From Asaia bogorensis (GTDB taxonomy: Bacteria; Pseudomonadota; Alphaproteobacteria; Acetobacterales; Acetobacteraceae), in assembly GCA_943333505.2 (NCBI GenBank), contig CALQTN020000010.1, forward strand, positions 13,741-77,740: DNA of 64,000 bases, written 5' to 3'. Below are positions 10,566 through 17,608 of this stretch, one piece after another (position 1 is the first letter of the stretch; every line of letters begins with the position of its first letter). The position numbers were made by a program, and so were the translations under genes. Under the pieces are notes generated by a model. That model was not told the DNA's origin. It did no database searches and saw only the letters and a program-made list of their open reading frames with translations.

Positions 10566-10742
10566 TCAGATCTGCGAATTTCGACGTGCGATCAATGGCA
10601 ACGTAAAGGCAGCGACTTTCGGCCGTGCGCAACTCGGTGATGTCGATGCGGAAATAGCTGATCGGGTTGGCAGGCGGTAATGCGCAAGCTGCGTCTCAAC
10701 CAGCACAGACCCCCACCCTGCGCGTGCATAGAGCATATACAT
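10566..10742 (-). pseudogene. Gene relic: about 25 codons of a GST-like N-terminus joined to about 35 codons of a DDE (rve) transposase core in another frame
   Basis: Frame A: MYMLYARAGWGSVLVETQLAHYRLP. Frame B over 10566-10680: PANPISYFRIDITELRTAESRCLYVAIDRTSKFADLT*, resembling the first-Asp region of rve-type integrase cores. Confidence 0.3.
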
Positions 10743-10812
10743 CGGTGGCCCCTTCCATCCTTGCCATGGCATCATCATCTTGGCGGCCAACACGATACAA
10801 AGGGCTTATGCG

Positions 10813-11514
10813 ATGATCCAGGTCCAGCCTTTCGCCCAACTTGGCCGCTTCCAGAATGAGTGGCTGAACGCCCGCTATCATTTCAGCTTCGGCCAATATC
10901 GCGACCGCGCCCGCATGGGGGTCGGCAATCTGGTTGTCTGGAACGACGACGAAATTGCCCCCGGCACCGGGTTCGACCCGCATTCGCACAAGGAGATGGA
11001 GATCATCACCTATGTCCGGCAGGGCGCGATCACCCATAAAGACAGCCTCGGCAACGAGGGCCGCACCGAGGCCGGCGACGTTCAGGTGATGCACGCTGGC
11101 ACCGGGATCCAGCACGCCGAATATAACCGCGAGACCGAGGCGACGCGACTGTTCCAGATTTGGATCCATCCCGACACCCCCGGCGCCAAGCCAGGTTGGG
11201 GCGCGCGGAGTTTCCCGAAATCTGGCGCGACCGGGTTGACCGCGCTCGCCGACGGTCGCCCAGAAGCCGATGGCAGCGCGCTGCCGCTCAACGCGAACGC
11301 CGCCCTGTTCGCCGGTACCTTGCAGGCGGGCCAGACCATCACCCATCGCTTCGGGCCTGGCCGGGTCGGGTATCTGGTGCCCGCAACCGGCGCGGTCACG
11401 GTGAACGGCATTGCCGCCGGCACACGTGACGGCGTGACGATCGCCGAGGAGACCGAGGTTACCATCACCGCAAGCGCCGAGACCGAGCTGGTTTTGGTCG
11501 AAGTGCGCGGCTGA
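10813..11514 (+). CDS. Pirin family protein
   Basis: MIQVQPFAQLGRFQNEWLNARYHFSFGQY and the metal-binding HSHKEMEIITYV cupin motif. ATG at Met12 of the supplied ORF. Confidence 0.85.
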   Translation: MIQVQPFAQLGRFQNEWLNARYHFSFGQYRDRARMGVGNLVVWNDDEIAPGTGFDPHSHKEMEIITYVRQGAITHKDSLGNEGRTEAGDVQVMHAGTGIQHAEYNRETEATRLFQIWIHPDTPGAKPGWGARSFPKSGATGLTALADGRPEADGSALPLNANAALFAGTLQAGQTITHRFGPGRVGYLVPATGAVTVNGIAAGTRDGVTIAEETEVTITASAETELVLVEVRG

Positions 11515-11516
11515 TC

Positions 11517-12398
11517 ATGCAAAACCACGGCCGCGCCATCCTGTGCGTGATGGCGGCATCGTTTCTCTATTCGTGCTCTGCGGCGGTGGTGCGCAGCCTG
11601 TCGGGGGCTTACCCGACGCTGGAACTGATGCTGTTCCGCAGCTTGCTCGTGGTCGTGGTGACCTTGCCGCTGCTGCTGCGCGAAGGCGGGCTGGCGGCGT
11701 TACGACCGAAGGCGCCGTTGGGGCATCTCGCGCGGCTGGCGGCCGGCTATCTCGGGATGATCACCGCGTTTTACGGCTATGGCACCCTGCCGCTGGCGAC
11801 CAACACCGCGTTAGGGTTTTGCATGCCGCTGTTCCTGACGATTTTGTCGGTGCCGTTGTTGGGCGAGGTGGTTGGCTGGCGGCGACGCGGCGCAGTGCTG
11901 GCGGGGTTGCTGGGCGTGCTGGTGATGGTGCGGCCATGGGAGGCACAGGCGGCACTGCCGCTGTTTCCGGTCGGCGTAGTGCTGGTTGGCGTGGTCGGCT
12001 GGGCGCTGGCGATGATCTCGATCCGCCGGATGGGGGCGCTGGGCGAAAGCAATGTCGCCATTGTGGCCTGGTTCGGGATTGGCAGCACCATCCTGTCCGC
12101 GGTGCTGGTGGTGCCTTATTGGGTAACGCCGGATTGGAGCGGGCTGTTCGGCATGGTGATGATCGGGCTGATCACCGCAGCCGCGCAATTGCTGATGACG
12201 GAGGGGTATCGGATGGCGGACACCACGCTGGTGGCGCCGTTCGAATATGGCGCGATTGTCTATGCAACTGCGCTTGGGGCGATCTTGTATGGGGAGTTCC
12301 CCGATCCGACCGGCCTGGTGGGCATCGCGATTATTGTGGCGGCGGGACTTTATGTTTGGCGACGAGAGGTGGTGGCGGCGCGGCTCGTGAAAGCCTGA
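11517..12398 (+). CDS. DMT superfamily (EamA-type) transporter
   Basis: 293 aa, about 10 hydrophobic spans, two-EamA-repeat layout. Overlapping alternative-frame ORFs are Arg/Gly-rich artefacts. Confidence 0.8.
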   Translation: MQNHGRAILCVMAASFLYSCSAAVVRSLSGAYPTLELMLFRSLLVVVVTLPLLLREGGLAALRPKAPLGHLARLAAGYLGMITAFYGYGTLPLATNTALGFCMPLFLTILSVPLLGEVVGWRRRGAVLAGLLGVLVMVRPWEAQAALPLFPVGVVLVGVVGWALAMISIRRMGALGESNVAIVAWFGIGSTILSAVLVVPYWVTPDWSGLFGMVMIGLITAAAQLLMTEGYRMADTTLVAPFEYGAIVYATALGAILYGEFPDPTGLVGIAIIVAAGLYVWRREVVAARLVKA

Positions 12399-12420
12399 CG
12401 CCACCACCCGTTTCGGTTGA

Positions 12421-13011
12421 TCAGGCGCGGCGGCGGCGGAACAGGCCGAGCATGGACAGGCCGGCGCCGAACAAGGCCGGGGACGCGGGTTCGGGCACGC
12501 CGAAACTCTCGTTTTGGAGGCTGCCCGAAAGCAGATAATCGCAGCAACCACTGGCCCGCGCAGACGAGGTCCCGTCGAGCGCCAAAGTCGGCACATCTTC
12601 GTTAAATGTATGCACGCTCACCAGCCGGATATCGAGCTCACGGTTGCCGTAGATGGCAGCGCTGGCGGAATCAATCGTGAGATGAAAATGGGAACTTGAC
12701 CCGATACTAGAATTGAGAACCGCGCCCAAGCTCGTGTCCAGGAGCGGAATGGGTGTATCGCTAAAGTACTGTTGATATATTTTTGCGGACACAACGAGAC
12801 CAGTGACGGAGTCAGCCGAGAAACTCCCCGTAACGTGCCAAAATCCGCCAAAGTTCACATTCACCAGATCCCAGGTGACAACGGAAGCCTTGGCCGGTGT
12901 CGTTACGACAACGCCAGAAACCAAGGCCACCAAGATGGACATGGCGGAAAATGAGCGGATGACCACGCGCTTCATCGCGGACAAATTCCGTAGAAAGGAA
13001 CGATCAGACAT
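12421..13011 (-). CDS. PEP-CTERM sorting-domain secreted protein
   Basis: C-terminus VPEPASPALFGAGLSMLGLFRRRRA*. Signal peptide MKRVVIRSFSAMSILVALVSGVVVTTPAKA. ATG 13011 has GGAG 7 nt upstream (alternative ATG at 12975). Confidence 0.75.
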   Translation of the reverse strand: MSDRSFLRNLSAMKRVVIRSFSAMSILVALVSGVVVTTPAKASVVTWDLVNVNFGGFWHVTGSFSADSVTGLVVSAKIYQQYFSDTPIPLLDTSLGAVLNSSIGSSSHFHLTIDSASAAIYGNRELDIRLVSVHTFNEDVPTLALDGTSSARASGCCDYLLSGSLQNESFGVPEPASPALFGAGLSMLGLFRRRRA

Positions 13012-13509
13012 ATAGGAACTCCATTTGGCAAGCTTGGCATCTGCCCAGCTCGCTGATGACGTCGCACCAGCATGTTCCGTGCCACCTCCCGACAGACACA
13101 TATTGCAGACGGCAACGTAAATTAATCCAATACATTACCGAAATTCATATATTAATTATGTTTTTTCAGCCTCGAATTCGAAAATAAATTGTAAAATTTT
13201 CTGACAAATAGGTCGTGAAAATTTTTATTTCAAAATTATTTTTTCTTATTTATGTATTTTTTCATACAACACACCATCCCAAATGCTAACGGGGAGAGAC
13301 TTAACGCGAGATCAAAGGATACTAATCACGAATATATGGAACTGCGCCAATCTCACGCCAACATTTACCAACCCAAAATGTAAAATTATCCGACACATCA
13401 AGCCAGCGCCGCAATGGATTATGGGAGACGACAGCTGGCGCTGATAATTCACAATTGTGTGGGTCCGTCTGGCATGTTATGCTCAGGAGATATTTGCAGG
13501 AATTTTTTA
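13012..13509. promoter_or_regulatory. AT-rich divergent promoter/regulatory spacer between the PEP-CTERM gene and the BLUF-TetR gene
   Basis: Long A/T runs in an otherwise GC-rich window. A 17-bp direct repeat, tgtaaaattttctgaca (13190-13206) and tgtaaaattatccgaca (13379-13395), matches at 15/17. Recurrent gtRaaaatt motifs. Confidence 0.4.
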
Positions 13510-14532
13510 ATGTTGCGCAGCATCGTCTATGTCAGCCGCGTAGCGTCGTCTATGCCCAACCCCGCCTTGCTGCCTTTGGTCAGCAAGGCGCAGACCCGCA
13601 ATCGGTCCCTGTTAGTCACCGGACGCCTGGTCTATATCAACCGTCGTTTCGTTCAAGCAATCGAAGGTCCGCAAGATGGTGTCGCGCGGGTTTGGGCGGC
13701 CATTCAACGCGATCAGACCCATCAGAAACTTGTGTTGCTCAGCGATGAAAATGTGCCAAGCCGGCTGTTTCCGGGCTGGACGTTGGATGTTCGTACCGCC
13801 GGCGATCTATCGAAAGCCGAAGCGGACCGACTGGTCGAAATCATACGCCTGATCGATGGGACCGATAGCGACAATGCCGCGATCGGCGCCAAAATCCTCG
13901 ATATCCTCGCGGGGGTGAAGGTTGAATGGGCCTATGAAATCCTGCGCGTGCCGCCCAACCAGGCCCGCGCGCGCCTGACAGTGCAACGGATGTTGCGCTC
14001 CACCCGCCTGCTCCTGGGCCGCAACGACGATCAGAAACTCACACTTGAAGCGGTGGCTGAGGCAAGTAATATTTCTATACCAACAGCGTATCGTTATTTC
14101 ACTGCACCGCGGGATTTGCTGCGCATGGTGGTGCGACACGCCCAGGCGCGCCAAAGGCGACGTTTTCAAGTCGGATTAGAAACGGCAATGTTTGAAAACG
14201 AACGTGAACTGGCCAGCGTCGTCGCCGGGTTGCTGGTCGCCAACTTCGAGGCCAACAAGGGGGATGCAACCGAAATCAGAAAGCACCTGCACCACACCGA
14301 TCATTCCATCATGTTCGACGGGTTCGGACACCTTGCGGGCGATGTAATTGACGCGATGCGGCGTTGTGGCGCTGCAAGCAACGCGCCTGGGACGTGGGTT
14401 CGGATGCAGATGGCGTTGGCCGCAGTGTCAGCAGCGTGTGATGCCGGGATGGCCCCCGATGCATCGCCGCTGCCAACGGCCGAAATCCGCGCGACCCTTG
14501 CCGGCATTTTCAGCGCCGCACTGCACGGCTAG
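13510..14532 (+). CDS. BLUF (blue-light FAD sensor) domain fused to a TetR-family transcriptional regulator
   Basis: N-terminus MLRSIVYVS...TRNR...VTGRL...FVQAIEG...RDQTH...FPGWTL carries the BLUF Tyr/Asn/Gln/Trp set. Later LTLEAVAEASNISIPTAYRYFTAPRDLL is a TetR_N HTH, followed by about 170 aa of helical domain. Single uninterrupted ORF. Confidence 0.75.
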   Translation: MLRSIVYVSRVASSMPNPALLPLVSKAQTRNRSLLVTGRLVYINRRFVQAIEGPQDGVARVWAAIQRDQTHQKLVLLSDENVPSRLFPGWTLDVRTAGDLSKAEADRLVEIIRLIDGTDSDNAAIGAKILDILAGVKVEWAYEILRVPPNQARARLTVQRMLRSTRLLLGRNDDQKLTLEAVAEASNISIPTAYRYFTAPRDLLRMVVRHAQARQRRRFQVGLETAMFENERELASVVAGLLVANFEANKGDATEIRKHLHHTDHSIMFDGFGHLAGDVIDAMRRCGAASNAPGTWVRMQMALAAVSAACDAGMAPDASPLPTAEIRATLAGIFSAALHG

Positions 14533-14634
14533 AGCGTGATGAGCGTAGGTGGAATCACACGAAGGTCTAAATCACGCGACCAAACAAAGAGATAGATCAT
14601 GATGACCGCGCCTATCAGCGGTCATCATGATCTA
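14530..14634. mobile_element. MITE-like element, copy A (101 bp + TA/TA flanks)
   Basis: TA|gagcgtgatgagc...ggtcatcatgatc|TA. About 88-90% identical by eye to copy B (56573-56677) and homologous to copy C (38832-38935, inverted). The left TA plus the first G forms the TAG stop of the BLUF-TetR gene. Confidence 0.7.
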
Positions 14635-14657
14635 AGCCTGCGAGGATGTAGGCGGGA

Positions 14658-16043
14658 CTATAATAGCGGCAGCCTGATCGCCTCCCATCCCGACAACACT
14701 TCAACCGCCCGCCCAACCCGCAAGGTCGTGGCTTCATCGAACGCACGCCCAACAATTTGCAATCCCATCGGAAGACCGCCACTGGAAAGCCCGGTTGGCA
14801 CGCTCAGCGCCGGATGGCCGGTGACGTTGAACGGCATGGTCTGCATCGGCGCCGCGGACAGCATACCGGTGGCAGGGGCGTCGAAGCGCGGTGCCGGCAC
14901 CAGCGAGGACGCGGTCAGCAACACATCGTAATGTTGCAGAGACGCGTTAACGGCCGCCGTCAGTTCACGGCGCAGACGCAGCGCCTGGATCATGTCCGGG
15001 CCAGTGACTGCCGCGCCGAGAATGAAACGTTCGAATGTCAGCTGGCCGAAATCCAGCGGTCGGGCGCGCATGTCGGCTTCGTGGATGGTAAAAGCCTCGC
15101 ACAGCATAATCACCCGGCCGCAGGTCGAGAATGCCGCATAGGGTGGCAGCTCGATATCCTCCACCACCGCGCCGGCCGCGCGCAGTGCCGCGGCAACGCG
15201 ATCAATCGCTGCCACCACTTCGGGATCGGAAATCGGGGCGGTGGCAAAGAACGCGCGTGGGATACCGATACGCAGACCGGCGACGCCCTTTTCCAGATCG
15301 ACGAGATAGTCCCCCACCGGCACATCCGCGCACGCAGGATCATGCTTGTCGTAGCCGGCAATAATCTGCAACGCCACCGCAGCGTCCGACACATTGCGGG
15401 TCAACGGTCCGCAATGATCAAGCGTGGTCGATAGCGGGAAAACCCCGCGCCGGCTCACCCTTCCATAGGTCGGTTTCAGTCCAACGGTGCCGCAATAGGC
15501 GGCCGGACCGCGGATCGAGCCACCCGTATCCGACCCCATCGCCAGCCTGGTGATCCCGGCAGCGATTGCAGCACCCGATCCAGATGACGAACCGCCGGGG
15601 ATATGGTCCGGGTTCCACGGATTACGCGCCGGCGGGAACGGCAGATCGAAGCTCGGCCCGCCGAGGGCAAATTCATGGGTGGCGAGCTTGCCCAACAGCA
15701 CCCCACCACTTGCCGCGAGTTTCTCGGCGACGACGCTGTCAGCGACCGGCACGTTATCGACGCGCAACTTGGAATGGCAGGTCGTGCGGATGCCGGCGGT
15801 GTCGTAGATATCCTTCAGCGCGTAAGGCACACCGTGCAACGGGCCGCTATCGATGCCGGCCGCGCGTTCAGCGTCTGCCCGGGCCGCATCGGCGCGGGCA
15901 CGATCGGCAGTGACGGTGATGAAGGCGTTGATTTTCAGGTCGGTGGCCGCGATGCGGGCCAAGGCCGCCTCGGTGAGGGCCACGCTGGTGGTGGTGCCGG
16001 CGCGTAACGCCTTGGCGGCATCGAGGATGGAAAGTTCGGTCAT
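14658..16043 (-). CDS. Amidase signature (AS) family amidohydrolase, AtzE/GatA-like
   Basis: GGSSSGSGAAIAAG and GSDTGGSIRGPAAYCG motifs. Start MTELSILDAAKALRAG at 16043 overlaps the upstream small ORF stop as ATGA. Confidence 0.85.
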   Translation of the reverse strand: MTELSILDAAKALRAGTTTSVALTEAALARIAATDLKINAFITVTADRARADAARADAERAAGIDSGPLHGVPYALKDIYDTAGIRTTCHSKLRVDNVPVADSVVAEKLAASGGVLLGKLATHEFALGGPSFDLPFPPARNPWNPDHIPGGSSSGSGAAIAAGITRLAMGSDTGGSIRGPAAYCGTVGLKPTYGRVSRRGVFPLSTTLDHCGPLTRNVSDAAVALQIIAGYDKHDPACADVPVGDYLVDLEKGVAGLRIGIPRAFFATAPISDPEVVAAIDRVAAALRAAGAVVEDIELPPYAAFSTCGRVIMLCEAFTIHEADMRARPLDFGQLTFERFILGAAVTGPDMIQALRLRRELTAAVNASLQHYDVLLTASSLVPAPRFDAPATGMLSAAPMQTMPFNVTGHPALSVPTGLSSGGLPMGLQIVGRAFDEATTLRVGRAVEVLSGWEAIRLPLL

Positions 16044-16255
16044 GCGTGCGCTCCTGGCACCAGCATACGGAATATGTTCGACCATTCTGCGGTATGGTCG
16101 CGGCCCTGGTCACGCAGAAGCGCGAGTTGCGAGCGGAAATCGCTATAACCGAGCAGGATCGCCGGGATCCGTTCCTCAGGAATGGGAACGCCGGCACGGG
16201 CAGCGAGGGTACGAAATTCGGCCTCAAGCATGGCGTCTGAAAGCGGTTTGGGCAT
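16040..16255 (-). CDS. Small (71 aa) AtzG/GatC-like putative amidase partner subunit
   Basis: MPKPLSDAMLEAEFRTLAARAGVPIPEERIPAILLGYSDF... Size, position immediately upstream of an AS amidase and the 4-nt overlap mirror the atzG-atzE arrangement. The sequence match itself is only impressionistic. Confidence 0.4.
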   Translation of the reverse strand: MPKPLSDAMLEAEFRTLAARAGVPIPEERIPAILLGYSDFRSQLALLRDQGRDHTAEWSNIFRMLVPGAHA

Positions 16256-16802
16256 GATCTTCTGGTCCTGCACTGTTCGGGGGCAGACGATAGGCAGATG
16301 CAATCCCGATGGCAAGAATACTCGTAAAATAACTCTATGAGGTTGTTAAATTCATAATTTACCATTTTGGATAATAAAAATCGCCAATTTATTATTTATG
16401 GACATTTTATTTTTTCATCAATTCTTCAATATGAATTTCTTAACGGCACACCCTTTGCGCCGCATCCGGCAGCAACTGTTATGGAACCAAGTATGTCGTT
16501 CCTGCGAATTTCCCATCGAACAGGCCCGCTGCTCGAGGCCGCCGGAACGACCATCGGCGCAGTAAGTCACAGTCACTATTAGATCTTAATTAATATCGAA
16601 TTCCTCTGCGTCGGCGCAATGCATTGGTGGTGCGGCGAAGATGATCGAGGCCATCGACACAATCAGCCGCGCCCACGCCCCGGCCGGTTCAGCCAGCGTG
16701 GTGGTCAGCGACGGCTGGCCGAACAACCGCATCAACATCCCACTTTGCGCGGCTTGGGCGAATGTTTTGCTGTGGGGGGTTTTGAATAGAACCAATAGGT
16801 AA

Positions 16803-16945
16803 GGTTTTCTTTGTTTGAAAAAAATAAGCAAAAAACTTTACTACTTTGTTGCCGTTGGCGTGGGACCATCCGCAGACCCGAGCCAACGGCAACAATGGAT
16901 AGAAAGTTTTTTTGGTTCTTTTTGTTCACAAAAAGAACGGCTTCC
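16803..16945. repeat. Nested palindromic AT-rich element (outer inverted arms + perfect 14-bp inner hairpin)
   Basis: The outer arms 16803-16839 and 16906-16945 are inverted copies of each other. Inner stem ttgttgccgttggc (16846-16859) pairs with gccaacggcaacaa (16882-16895), with a 22-nt loop. Confidence 0.55.
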
Positions 16946-17463
16946 TTAAATCTTAAAGCCTGGTCGCTGTTGGTGCCAATCGCTGTCCTTCTGATAAGCA
17001 TCCCCCGCCTTCAACGCAGTAGCCTCCGCAAACGGCTTCGCCGCCAGCGACAAACTAATCGGCAACCCGTTCGGGTCGAACCCACACGGCACGCTCACCA
17101 CCGGCGGTCCGAGATAGTTGAACGGTCTGGTATTGCCGACCACCGCGGTTGACTTGGCCATCGCGTCGGGTGCCCCGGCATCGACGTCAGTTTCGGCGAG
17201 GGTTGCCAGGCAGACTTTGATGGTTGGGCAGGCGAGGACATGGACTTTGCTGAACAAGTCTTGGGCGAAGGCTTTCAGCACCGGGCGGCGACGGCGGCGC
17301 CCGATCCGCTCGACGATCCGCCGGTGATGTATGACAGCCGCCCTGAACCGTTTCCGAGGCTGCCGATGCCGGACGGGGTGGGGGTGTATCGGCGCAGGTA
17401 GTGACTGCCGTACGGGGGAACCCGGGTGTCAGGAAAATTTACAAACCGACAGGTCAGAATCAA
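16946..17463 (-). pseudogene. Amidase-signature family pseudogene (internal deletion + frameshift, N-terminus lost)
   Basis: ORF 17275-17463 retains ITGGSSSGSGAAVAA. ORF 16946-17281 retains the C-terminal PFNYLGPPVVSVPCGFDPNGLPISLSLAAKPFAEATALKAG. The catalytic GxDxGGSIR segment between them is absent. Confidence 0.6.
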
Positions 17464-17608
17464 GAAAATTTATTGCAAAATTAGGATATAATTGGAAATA
17501 TTGTTCTAAATATGGAGGTAAAATTGCATTTGGCATTGGTCTGATCATTGCCCAGGCTATTGGGCTGTCACCAGTTCAAGGATCACATATGCGTGCCGTC
17601 AGCCGATT

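Noticed and set aside
11543-12538. 331-aa plus-strand ORF in an alternative frame of the DMT transporter gene
   Set aside because: The frame encoding hydrophobic helices (11517-12398) is clearly the real one. The alternative frame is Gly/Arg/Ala-rich and runs into the antisense of the PEP-CTERM gene.
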